From NCBI GenBank assembly GCA_052357945.1, contig DAWCXD010000012.1, positions 1,405-65,404 on the forward strand: DNA of 64,000 bases, in the 5' to 3' direction. Positions 1-8,995 of the stretch are shown here, in pieces. The DNA comes from Bacteroides sp. (GTDB taxonomy: Bacteria; Bacteroidota; Bacteroidia; Bacteroidales; Bacteroidaceae). Position 1 is the first letter of the stretch. Every line of letters starts with the position of its first letter. The translations under genes and the position numbers were made by a program. The notes below the pieces were generated by a model, which searched no databases, had not been told where the DNA came from, and saw only the letters and a list, made by a program, of their open reading frames with translations.

Positions 1-110
1 AAAACCTGGGTGGAAACCTCGAACTCGATTCGAAGGTCAACCGGGGATCTACTTTCAGCTTTGTGTTGCCGAGGGTGATTAAGCCGGAATTGATTAAGCC
101 ACAGCCATAA
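1..110 (+). CDS. C-terminal fragment of a sensor histidine kinase (HATPase_c end), gene starts before the window
   Basis: Frame from base 3 reads NLGGNLELDSKVNRGSTFSFVLPRVIKPELIKPQP*, matching the G2-box end (GG.I..S..G.GSTF.F.LP) of histidine kinases; TAA at 108-110. Confidence 0.75.
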   Translation, partial: NLGGNLELDSKVNRGSTFSFVLPRVIKPELIKPQP

Positions 111-113
111 AGT

Positions 114-204
114 AAATCGCCCTTACTACAGTTGTAAAGTGTATCTCAAAAGTGTTAAATCTGACTTTTGGAGATGCTTCACTTGACTGTAGTGAGGGTG
201 ATTT
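114..204. terminator. Long imperfect hairpin between convergent genes (terminator or palindromic repeat)
   Basis: aaatcgcccttactacagt pairs with actgtagtgagggtgattt; inner gtatctcaaaagt pairs with acttttggagatgc. Confidence 0.5.
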
Positions 205-267
205 TATAAATTCAAGGCTTTTTGAATTGTCTTGAACTTCTTGATGAACAGGATGAATGTTTAGTCT

Positions 268-1959
268 TTACGACTTAGGTGCATCCTTATCTTTGTCTCC
301 GGTTCCCGGAGATGCTTTGCTGGCAGAGGAACTTCCGAAGGAAGCTGAACCGGAGGATGCTGTGCCTGAAGTTGCTGCATTAGAAGCGGTTGCCCCGGGG
401 TTAGCTGTGCTTGTCCCAGTTGTTCCTCCTGTGTGTGCAGAAGTTGCATTAGCAGGACGCGGAGCATTAACGCTGCTTGCACTAACATTTGCAGTGGCAG
501 GTTGAGCCTGAACTTCCCAATGGAACGGTTCGAAATTGGAATTAGGATCTACCCAAGATGGTTTCTTGGAAGCGTAGATAATAAACGGAGCAACGACAAC
601 GATAATTGCACCGATAATTAGTACGGAGAACCAAACGGTGTTGCTACCGGTAGAAATCTGGCTGGGCGGGATGAAGCTAAGAATGAAGGCAAGTAATGAT
701 CCGCAGAAGCCAAGGCCGCCAACAAACCACATCAGGCCGTTGCCGGATTTACCGATACGGAACGGACGGTTGAGTTTCTTCATCTTATAACGCAATGCGA
801 TAGCTCCGGAGAACATCAACAGGTACATAATCAGATAAAGAATAACTGTCAGCTGTGACAGAATTTGATAGAAACTCTGTACGGAAGGCATAACAACAAA
901 CAACAAACTTAATACGGTTACAGCGATACCCTGTACGAACAAGATATTCTTCTGTACACCCAGCTTGTTTGTTTTCTGGAAGAACGGAGGCATATAACCG
1001 GCTTTACCTACGGCAAATATACCTTTGGACGGACCGGCAACCCATGTCAATACACCAGCCAATACACCGAAAGCAAGAGCGACCGCAATGATTGGTGATA
1101 ACCAGGAAGCATGAATATATTTGAAATAGTTGTCGAAACCGACGAGCAGGCTTTGAGTCAGGTTGATGTCTTTAGCAGGGATAATCACACCTAATGCGAA
1201 AGTACCCAAAACGAAGATCAGCACTGTGATAAGCGCACCGATAAATACGGCTTTCGGATAGTTTTTAGAAGGGTTATCTACGTCTTTTACGTGGATACCG
1301 CCCATTTCCATACCGGCATAAAACAAGAAGATACTGGCAGCAAGAACGACATTATCGAAGTTGGTAAAGTCGGGGAAGAAGCTACTGTTGAAATCCATAT
1401 TGGAATGTCCGCCCGTTGCCAGATAAATGATTCCTAAGATAATCAACAATCCGGCCGGGATAATGGTACCGACCATACCACCGATTTTGGCTACTTTACC
1501 TACCCAGCTCATACCTTTCAGGGAGATGAAAGTGGCCAGCCAATAGATGATAAGTACGACGACGAGCGTATAATACTTATTGTTTGCCAGTGACATGTCA
1601 TGTACGTCATTCATTCCGATGAAAGCGATAGATACGGCACCAAACGTTAATACTGTCGGATACCAGATCGTACTTTCGATCCATTGCACCCAGATGGCGA
1701 GGAATCCCAGTTTCTTGCCGTAGGCCTCGCCTACCCACCGGAACACACCACCCTGCTTATCCTGAAACATTGCTGCCAACTCGGCTGCAACGAGCGATGT
1801 AGGGATTAGAAAGACAATAGCTGCAAAAAGATAATAGAAGGCCGAACTCATTCCGTATACGGCCTCGGCTGGTAGTCCACGCAAGGATACTACTGCCGTA
1901 ACATTCATGATAGCAAGGGTAAACACACCCAGCTTCACTGCATTTTTAATATTTGCCAT
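268..1959 (-). CDS. gadC: Glutamate/GABA antiporter (APC family)
   Basis: About 12 hydrophobic segments, GGVFRWVGEAYG and FLFYAGME APC motifs; clustered with glutaminase and glutamate decarboxylase. Confidence 0.9.
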   Translation of the reverse strand: MANIKNAVKLGVFTLAIMNVTAVVSLRGLPAEAVYGMSSAFYYLFAAIVFLIPTSLVAAELAAMFQDKQGGVFRWVGEAYGKKLGFLAIWVQWIESTIWYPTVLTFGAVSIAFIGMNDVHDMSLANNKYYTLVVVLIIYWLATFISLKGMSWVGKVAKIGGMVGTIIPAGLLIILGIIYLATGGHSNMDFNSSFFPDFTNFDNVVLAASIFLFYAGMEMGGIHVKDVDNPSKNYPKAVFIGALITVLIFVLGTFALGVIIPAKDINLTQSLLVGFDNYFKYIHASWLSPIIAVALAFGVLAGVLTWVAGPSKGIFAVGKAGYMPPFFQKTNKLGVQKNILFVQGIAVTVLSLLFVVMPSVQSFYQILSQLTVILYLIMYLLMFSGAIALRYKMKKLNRPFRIGKSGNGLMWFVGGLGFCGSLLAFILSFIPPSQISTGSNTVWFSVLIIGAIIVVVAPFIIYASKKPSWVDPNSNFEPFHWEVQAQPATANVSASSVNAPRPANATSAHTGGTTGTSTANPGATASNAATSGTASSGSASFGSSSASKASPGTGDKDKDAPKS

Positions 1960-2002
1960 AAGTTAAGGTTTTAAGTGAAAAATATTTTAAAGTCAGTGTT
2001 AT

Positions 2003-2028
2003 AACAACATTTTGCGCGAGATGTTTCC
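2003..2028 (-). promoter_or_regulatory. Putative ECF-sigma promoter of gadC (GGAAAC-N16-TGTT)
   Basis: Minus strand GGAAAC atctcgcgcaaaatgt TGTT; same geometry at other cluster genes. Confidence 0.6.
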
Positions 2029-2099
2029 GCAATCTCTTTCAAAGTTCGTTAATTAACATCGCCGGAACGGGATATTGTAACCCCCGATTTACCTGTTTC

Positions 2100-2124
2100 G
2101 GAACAATTACTTTTCTCGATTGTT
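2100..2124 (+). promoter_or_regulatory. Putative ECF-sigma promoter of the channel gene (GGAAC-N16-TGTT)
   Basis: GGAAC aattacttttctcgat TGTT, ~50 bp before the ATG at 2176. Confidence 0.6.
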
Positions 2125-2175
2125 TCTAAACAATCTAAATTATACGTGAACCATTTTATTATAAACTAAGTAGTT

Positions 2176-2955
2176 ATGAAATCAGCGCTTTCAGATTTTA
2201 TTTCCGGAAAAAAGGGGATTTATGGTATTCTTCACATTATTATATTAATAATGTCTCTTTTTCTGGTTATCAGTATCTCGGTGGATACTTTTAAGGGAAT
2301 TCCGTTCTATACACAGTCTTCTTACATGAAGGTACAGCTATGTATCTGTCTTTGGTTTCTTTTCGATTTTGTGTTGGAGTTTTTTTTGGCAAAACATAAA
2401 GGACGCTATCTGCGGACACACTTTATCTTTTTATTGGTGGCCATTCCTTATCAGAATATCATCGCATACTATGGATGGACGTTTTCGGATGAGATTACCT
2501 ACCTGCTTCGTTTCATTCCTTTGTTGAGGGGAGGATATGCGCTTGCTATTGTGGTCGGCTGGCTGACTTACAACCGGGCTTCTAGCCTGTTTGTCTCTTA
2601 TCTGACGATGTTGCTGGCAACAGTTTATTTCTCCAGTCTGGCATTTTTTGTGCTCGAGCATCGGGTAAATCCATTGGTGAATGATTATGGAGATGCCTTG
2701 TGGTGGGCTTTTATGGATGTCACTACCGTGGGGTCGAATATTATAGCGCAGACCGTGACCGGGCGCGTGCTTTCCGTTTTGCTGGCCGCCTTGGGTATGA
2801 TGATGTTCCCTATCTTTACGGTTTATATTACAAATCTGATTCAACAATCCAACAAGCGTAGAAAGCAATATTACGAAGAGGAGGAACAACAGAAAAAGGC
2901 TTCCGCCCAAAAGGAATCGGCAGAAAAAGCTGTCGTACAGAAGGTTAATACATAA
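2176..2955 (+). CDS. Potassium-channel-family ion channel with a non-canonical filter
   Basis: 6-TM pattern, pore helix DALWWAFMDVTTVGSN followed by TVTGR; located in the gad cluster. Confidence 0.85.
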   Translation: MKSALSDFISGKKGIYGILHIIILIMSLFLVISISVDTFKGIPFYTQSSYMKVQLCICLWFLFDFVLEFFLAKHKGRYLRTHFIFLLVAIPYQNIIAYYGWTFSDEITYLLRFIPLLRGGYALAIVVGWLTYNRASSLFVSYLTMLLATVYFSSLAFFVLEHRVNPLVNDYGDALWWAFMDVTTVGSNIIAQTVTGRVLSVLLAALGMMMFPIFTVYITNLIQQSNKRRKQYYEEEEQQKKASAQKESAEKAVVQKVNT

Positions 2956-3325
2956 TATGTTTGCGGATGGATAAAAAACTGATGGAGCAACGTTGGACGT
3001 AATGTGTTGGAAACCAGTAGGAAATTACTTTTCTTAATAGCATTGTCACTTTTCTTTATAAACATGGAAGGAAAAGGGGAGGAAAAGTGGAATAACTTTC
3101 TATCTTTGTAGAAAAGAGACAGAGGCAAACAGCTGTTAGTTACTGTCTCTAAATGAAGAAGTTCCACCTTATCCGGATGAATAATAGTGACACTGATATG
3201 CTCATTTTAATAACTGGAGTTGCATAGGGGTAAATTTAATTTGTTGTATTTGATAATTAATACCGTTTGTATTGAAAATACTGGTGGGAGATCAAGCGGG
3301 AAATCAATGGGATAAGGAGGAATAG

Positions 3326-3357
3326 AAAAAGGTTACTATCGGGAGATAGTAACCTTT
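3326..3357 (-). terminator. Intrinsic terminator of gadB-glsA
   Basis: aaaggttactatc-ggga-gatagtaaccttt perfect stem with a U-tract on the minus strand, 30 bp after the glsA stop. Confidence 0.8.
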
Positions 3358-3388
3358 ACCTACTTATAAAAGAGATCGAGAGAGAGTT

Positions 3389-4354
3389 TTAGTCAACAAC
3401 GGTGATATGGTTGTTGCTAAACACATTTAATTCCAGCTTGTTCATGATGTATTGAATAGCTAACTGCGCTTTCACGGAGTTGCCCGATCCATCCAAAGGA
3501 GGAGCAAAGGCAGCAATACCGAACTGTCCGGGCAGTACACCCATCACACCACCACCTACACCTGTTTTGGCAGGAATACCGGAAGTGTACATCCAGTCGC
3601 CGGTATGTTCATAGAAACCTACTGCGGCAATCATGGCAGTGATTTTAGGAGCCAGCGTGGCATCAAAAACTTCTTTCTTAGTCACCGGATTTACACCACC
3701 GTTGGCGATTGTGCCGGCTGCAATGGAAAGCTGCAATGCAGTCACTCCCAATGAGCACTGACGGGTGTAGAGGTCTAATGACATATCCGGATCATCATAA
3801 ATCCGATTATAATTTTTCAGCAACCATGCGATAGAACGGTTGTTGAAGTTGGTATCCGATTCGGACTTGTACAATTCATCAATCAACTGTGGGGCGCTGC
3901 CGCATAAATCGGTCACGTTTCCTACGATGGCATCCCATTTCTTGGCAGAGTCGCCAATGGGCTGCACCATGCTGCAGGCGGAGATAGCTCCGGCGTTTAC
4001 CAACGGAGTAGACGGATGGTCGTTCTCCAGCAAGATGGCGATAATTGAATTGAAAGGCAAGCCTGTTGCGTCGGCTCCAATCTTGTTCAGGATTTCTTTG
4101 GCACCATATTGGCGCAGTGCCAGAATAGCCGTATGTACTTTGGATACGGATTCTATACCGAAGCGGTAGTCAGTATCTCCCACATGGATGGTCTGCCCGT
4201 TGAGCAGGCAGACACTGATTCCAAAGAGATCTTTGTTGACATTTGCCAGGTAGGGGATATAGTCGGCGTTCTTGCCGCCGGTATTAGTCTTTACCTGATC
4301 GTATGCCTCCTGTACCACTTCTTTCAATTGAGCGAGTGTTACTTTTTTATCCAT
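3389..4354 (-). CDS. glsA: Glutaminase A
   Basis: ADYIPYLA, IESVSK (catalytic SxxK), PAKTGVGGG motifs. Confidence 0.95.
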   Translation of the reverse strand: MDKKVTLAQLKEVVQEAYDQVKTNTGGKNADYIPYLANVNKDLFGISVCLLNGQTIHVGDTDYRFGIESVSKVHTAILALRQYGAKEILNKIGADATGLPFNSIIAILLENDHPSTPLVNAGAISACSMVQPIGDSAKKWDAIVGNVTDLCGSAPQLIDELYKSESDTNFNNRSIAWLLKNYNRIYDDPDMSLDLYTRQCSLGVTALQLSIAAGTIANGGVNPVTKKEVFDATLAPKITAMIAAVGFYEHTGDWMYTSGIPAKTGVGGGVMGVLPGQFGIAAFAPPLDGSGNSVKAQLAIQYIMNKLELNVFSNNHITVVD

Positions 4355-4363
4355 AGATCTTTT

Positions 4364-5806
4364 TTATTTTTTTACGGTTTTACGACGACCACCATGGTTG
4401 AACATCTTAGCTTCTACCGGAAGATTCTTTTCTTGAGCCATACGGGTAGGGGTAGGATATTCCAGTTTTTCCAGTTCGGCGATAGCGTTGTTGATGTCGC
4501 CCAGTAGCATATCTGCCATATCGCGGCTGAATCCCTGACGGACAACGACACGCATCACTACATAATCTTCCAGTTTGGAAGGCAAGGTGTAAGCAGGAAC
4601 CATCCAACCGTGTTGAGACAGTTTGTCTTGCAAATCGTACAAAGTCCATTTGGCGTTCTTTGCATATTCCGGTTTCAGATACCAGATGAATAATGGGTTC
4701 ACAACATCTTCAGAGTAGTTGACAAACGGAACCATCTTGGCTATTTCGCTGTGGATATATTTAGCAATTTGCAGGGAGTTGTACTGCACTTCTTTGTATC
4801 CCTGGAATCCTAAACGGATGAATTGATAATATTGTCCCAGGATTTGTGCAGCCGGACGAGAGAAGTTCAAACCTACCTGTGTAATGTTGGCACCCAGATA
4901 ATTTACGCTGAATGACATTTCTTCGGGCAGATATTCTTTGCCTTTCCAGCAAACCCATCCGAGTCCCGGATATACCAAACCAAACTTATGACCGGATACG
5001 CTGATAGAAAGTACCCATTTCAAACGGAAGTCCCATTTCTTTTCCGGATACAGGAACGGAAGGATGAAACCACCACTGGCGGCATCTACGTGGATAGGAA
5101 TGTCATAACCGGTCTTGGCATTGTAAGCATCCAGTGCTTTGTCCAATGCTTCGACGTCATCATTCAGTCCAGTCCATGTAACACCCTGGATAGGTACGAT
5201 ACAGATGGTGTTTTCATCACACATTTTCAAAGCTTCTTCGGGGTCGAGAGTGGTTTTTTCGAGTGTCAAAGGCACTTCACGCATTTCAATCTGCCACAAC
5301 TGTGCAAACTTTTCCCAAACAACCTGGAAACCTGTAGAAATAACAAAGTTTGGTTTATCAAACGGTTTGCCTTGTGCTTGTCTTTTCTTGCGCCAACGCA
5401 ACCAAGCGGCTACACCACCCAACATACATGCTTCTGAAGAACCGATAGCCAACGCACCTGTTTTCCAAGTGTCTTTTTCAGGAGAGTTCCACAAGTTGGC
5501 AACGATGTTGATACATTTACCGTTCATCACTGCGATACGCGGATATTCTGTTTCATCAATGTAGTTGATGTTAATGGCCTCATTCATCAGCTTAGTGGCA
5601 TATTCATCCATATAAGTGGTAACGAAAGTAGCCAGATTCAAACGTGGTTGGGTTTGAGCAAATGTTTCATCTTTCACCATTTGATAGGCGACTTCAGGAG
5701 TAGTAGGTCCATCAGGTATTTTCTCTACCGGAGAGGGTTGTAACATTCTGTCTGAACCAAATACATCGGTTTTTGCATCACCTTTTCTGAAATTTAAATC
5801 TTCCAT
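4364..5806 (-). CDS. gadB: Glutamate decarboxylase (PLP-dependent)
   Basis: LNLATFVTT, IHVDAASGGF and SGHKFGLVYPGLGW (PLP lysine). Confidence 0.95.
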   Translation of the reverse strand: MEDLNFRKGDAKTDVFGSDRMLQPSPVEKIPDGPTTPEVAYQMVKDETFAQTQPRLNLATFVTTYMDEYATKLMNEAININYIDETEYPRIAVMNGKCINIVANLWNSPEKDTWKTGALAIGSSEACMLGGVAAWLRWRKKRQAQGKPFDKPNFVISTGFQVVWEKFAQLWQIEMREVPLTLEKTTLDPEEALKMCDENTICIVPIQGVTWTGLNDDVEALDKALDAYNAKTGYDIPIHVDAASGGFILPFLYPEKKWDFRLKWVLSISVSGHKFGLVYPGLGWVCWKGKEYLPEEMSFSVNYLGANITQVGLNFSRPAAQILGQYYQFIRLGFQGYKEVQYNSLQIAKYIHSEIAKMVPFVNYSEDVVNPLFIWYLKPEYAKNAKWTLYDLQDKLSQHGWMVPAYTLPSKLEDYVVMRVVVRQGFSRDMADMLLGDINNAIAELEKLEYPTPTRMAQEKNLPVEAKMFNHGGRRKTVKK

Positions 5807-5868
5807 ACTAATTTGTTTTTTTAAAGGTTTAGGGCGATGGGGATTTTCCCCGTCGAATTTCCCACAAC

Positions 5869-5894
5869 AACAGCAGATAGTTTTGAAAGTTTCC
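5869..5894 (-). promoter_or_regulatory. Putative ECF-sigma promoter of gadB (GGAAAC-N16-TGTT)
   Basis: Minus strand GGAAAC tttcaaaactatctgc TGTT. Confidence 0.6.
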
Positions 5895-6101
5895 GGGTTT
5901 TACATTATTTGGCGTTTATTAAGGAGGAGGACGCCCTTATTGAAACGGGCCTATTCACCACCCCTCACCCTTGACCCATATCTTATAATAAAAAGATAAC
6001 GGAGAATCTTAAAAACTCAATCATCTTTTTCAGATTTACCACAACGTTTCCAGAATACTCCATTATTTTATTCAAAACGGTACCGGCATGAACAAGATTC
6101 C

Positions 6102-6132
6102 CCTCTGTGTCCTCTGCGTCCTCTGTGGTGAA
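6102..6132. repeat. 9-bp tandem repeat x3 (cctctgtgt-like) ending in ggtgaa
   Basis: cctctgtgt cctctgcgt cctctgtgg tgaa. Confidence 0.6.
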
Positions 6133-6137
6133 TAAAT

Positions 6138-6161
6138 GAACTTTATAAAGCGACTATTGTT
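6138..6161 (+). promoter_or_regulatory. Putative ECF-sigma promoter of the MFS-EamA operon (GAAC-N16-TGTT)
   Basis: GAAC tttataaagcgactat TGTT, 35 bp before the ATG at 6196. Confidence 0.55.
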
Positions 6162-6195
6162 TTCTTCAAACCTAAACTTTTAACGAATAAGCATT

Positions 6196-7512
6196 ATGAA
6201 GATACAGACGGGACGAGGAACAATTCCTCTTATCACTTTAATTGCTATCTGGTCTATTTCGGCATTGACTTCATTGCCGGGACTCGCTGTTTCACCTATA
6301 TTGGGTGACCTTACAAAGATATTTCCGAAAGCTACGGATCTGGACATACAGATGTTGACATCACTGCCATCATTGCTCATCATACCTTTTATATTGCTGG
6401 GTGGTAAACTGACGGAGAAAGTCGATTATGTCCGTGTATTGAAAGTCGGACTCTGGCTTTTTGCCGCAAGCGGTGTTCTGTATTTGATATCCAATCGAAT
6501 GTGGCAGTTGATTGTGGTTAGTGCTCTGCTCGGCATCGGGTCCGGACTTATTATCCCTTTGTCTACCGGATTAGTTTCCAGATATTTTGTGGGAACTTAT
6601 CGGGTGAAACAGTTCGGGTTGAGTTCTGCCATTACTAATTTCACGTTAGTGATAGCAACTGCCGTGACAGGCTATCTGGCAGAAGTCAGTTGGCACCTGC
6701 CTTTTCTTGTTTATCTTCTTCCGTTGGTTTCCATTCTGCTGGTGGGACATTTGAAAGAAGACCGGTCCGGAGAAGTCGCTTTTACGGCATCTTCTTCGTC
6801 TGCTACTGCTACTACTACGGCGGCAAATGTAGCAACTGCGAATGCGGCGACGGTGACTGTGCCGGAGACGAGTTCAGCGGACGACAGCAAAGCTGCCCGA
6901 CACTCTGCCATAGACATTGGAGGTAGTAAATATGGTATTCACATCAAGCATTTGATAGAATTGATGCTTTTCTATGGGGTGATTACATATATCGTGGTAG
7001 TAGTGATCTTCAATCTGCCTTTCCTAATGGAAAAGCATCACTTTTCCAGCGGTAATTCCGGACTGATGATTTCGCTTTTCTTTCTGGCTATCACGGCTCC
7101 GGGCTTCTGTCTGGATAAAATTGTAGGCTTGCTTAAAGAACGTACGAAGGCATATAGCCTGTTGTCGATAGCATTGGGACTATTATTAATTTGGATAGCT
7201 CCGATAGAGTGGCTGATTATTCCCGGGTGTATTCTGGTCGGTTTAGGGTATGGCATTATCCAGCCCATGCTTTATGACAAGACCACGCAGACCGCATTAC
7301 CGCAAAAGACCACATTAGCTTTGGCATTTGTGATGATGATGAACTACCTGGCTATTTTGCTCTATCCCTTTATCGTCGATTTTTTCCAGTGGGTATTCCA
7401 TACCCAATCACAAGAGTTTCCGTTTATCTTTAATCTGCTGATTACTGTTATTACTCTTTTCTGGGCATATCGGCGCCGTCATACCTTTTTGTTTAACGAC
7501 CAATTGAAATAA
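6196..7512 (+). CDS. MFS transporter
   Basis: 12 TM in two halves, GGKLTEKVDY motif-A-like loop, long Ser/Thr/Ala central linker. Confidence 0.85.
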   Translation: MKIQTGRGTIPLITLIAIWSISALTSLPGLAVSPILGDLTKIFPKATDLDIQMLTSLPSLLIIPFILLGGKLTEKVDYVRVLKVGLWLFAASGVLYLISNRMWQLIVVSALLGIGSGLIIPLSTGLVSRYFVGTYRVKQFGLSSAITNFTLVIATAVTGYLAEVSWHLPFLVYLLPLVSILLVGHLKEDRSGEVAFTASSSSATATTTAANVATANAATVTVPETSSADDSKAARHSAIDIGGSKYGIHIKHLIELMLFYGVITYIVVVVIFNLPFLMEKHHFSSGNSGLMISLFFLAITAPGFCLDKIVGLLKERTKAYSLLSIALGLLLIWIAPIEWLIIPGCILVGLGYGIIQPMLYDKTTQTALPQKTTLALAFVMMMNYLAILLYPFIVDFFQWVFHTQSQEFPFIFNLLITVITLFWAYRRRHTFLFNDQLK

Positions 7513-7515
7513 AAA

Positions 7516-8415
7516 ATGAAGAATAAGAAACTGGAAGCCAATCTTAGCATGGCCGTCTCGAAAGTTTTTAGCGGGTTAAATATGAATGCCCTGAAGTATC
7601 TTCTGCCTTTGTGGATGAGTCCGCTGACAGGAGCAACCCTTCGCTGCACGTTTGCAGCAGCAGCCTTTTGGGTAATCGGGTGGTTTATGCCTCCGGAAAA
7701 ATCATCCGCCAAAGATAAATGGCTCCTTTTTCTGTTGGGGGCCTTGGGACTTTATGGCTTTATGTTTCTCTACCTGGCGGGATTGAGTAAAACAACTCCT
7801 GTTTCCAGTTCCATTTTTACCAGCCTCCAGCCTATTTGGGTTTTTCTCATGATGATATTCTTTTATAAGGAGAAGGCGACCACTAAAAAAATAATAGGAA
7901 TTTCTATCGGTCTGATAGGAGCATTGGTTTGTATTTTAACCCAGCAAAGTGATGATTTGGCGTCCGATGCTTTCACGGGAAATATGCTTTGTCTTCTTAG
8001 CTCTGTGGTATATGCTGTTTATCTGATTCTTAGCCAGCGTATCTTGACTGCTATCGGAGCAATAACGATGTTGCGCTATACCTTTTCCGGTGCTGCCGTA
8101 TCTGCTATAATAGTAACGTTCATTACAGGATTTGATGCTCCGGTATTCTCCATGCCGTTCCATTGGACACCTTTCCTTATCCTGATGTTCGTATTGATTT
8201 TCCCGACCACTATCAGTTATATGTTGTTGCCTGTCGGTTTGAAATATCTGAAGACAACGGTGGTTGCTATCTATGGTTATCTGATTCTGATTGTGGCAAC
8301 TATTGCCTCCCTTGCTTTGGGACAAGACCGTTTCAGTTGGACGCAAACATTTGCTATTATTTTTATCTGTATCGGAGTTTATTTGGTAGAAGTTGCCGAA
8401 AGTAAGGAGCGATAA
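7516..8415 (+). CDS. DMT/EamA family transporter
   Basis: 10 TM two-repeat pattern, LQPIWVFL..FFYKEK. Confidence 0.85.
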   Translation: MKNKKLEANLSMAVSKVFSGLNMNALKYLLPLWMSPLTGATLRCTFAAAAFWVIGWFMPPEKSSAKDKWLLFLLGALGLYGFMFLYLAGLSKTTPVSSSIFTSLQPIWVFLMMIFFYKEKATTKKIIGISIGLIGALVCILTQQSDDLASDAFTGNMLCLLSSVVYAVYLILSQRILTAIGAITMLRYTFSGAAVSAIIVTFITGFDAPVFSMPFHWTPFLILMFVLIFPTTISYMLLPVGLKYLKTTVVAIYGYLILIVATIASLALGQDRFSWTQTFAIIFICIGVYLVEVAESKER

Positions 8416-8417
8416 AA

Positions 8418-8505
8418 GTTTCTCGGTGTGGAACAGGTTGTTCCTCGGTGAGGAACACTTCGTTTCACACCGGGGAACACTTTGTTTCAAGGCATGGAAC
8501 AAAAA
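8418..8505. repeat. Four 22-bp palindromic tandem units (GTTYC-N7-GGAAC)
   Basis: Units start at 8418, 8440, 8462, 8484. Confidence 0.8.
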
Positions 8506-8531
8506 AAGAGCGTCCTTCACAGAACGCTCTT
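8506..8531. terminator. Hairpin terminator between EamA and HIT genes
   Basis: aagagcgt...acgctctt stem preceded by an A-run (U-tract on the minus strand). Confidence 0.65.
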
Positions 8532-8551
8532 GCTTATTTCATCATCATGTT

Positions 8552-8944
8552 TTATAGAGAGGAGTTGATTGCTTGTGCTATGGACTTGAATTCTTCATCC
8601 GACAATTTCAGTTTCGGATTCGAGAACAACATATCCGATTCCTTTTGAATAGGAATTAAATGAATATGTGCATGAGGAACTTCCAGTCCGATAACTGCTT
8701 CGCCCACCTTTTTACAGGGGAAAGCTTTTTCAATGGCACGGGCCACTTTCTTTGCAAATACATGCATAGTAGCCAGGTCCTCATCGCTCAAATCGAAAAT
8801 ATAGTCTACTTCCTGTTTGGGCACCACCAATGTGTGTCCCTTTACCAACGGATTGATATCGAGAAACGCAAAAAACTTTTCGTTTTCCGCCACCTTGTAG
8901 CAGGGGATTTCGCCTGCGATGATTCTACTGAATATTGTTGCCAT
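8552..8944 (-). CDS. HIT family nucleotide hydrolase
   Basis: VPHAHIHLIP histidine triad; FAFLDINPLVKGHTLVVPK. Confidence 0.95.
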   Translation of the reverse strand: MATIFSRIIAGEIPCYKVAENEKFFAFLDINPLVKGHTLVVPKQEVDYIFDLSDEDLATMHVFAKKVARAIEKAFPCKKVGEAVIGLEVPHAHIHLIPIQKESDMLFSNPKLKLSDEEFKSIAQAINSSL

Positions 8945-8995
8945 AACTTTTATTGATAAATGAAGGCAAGCCCCACAAGGAGACCTGCCTTTACG

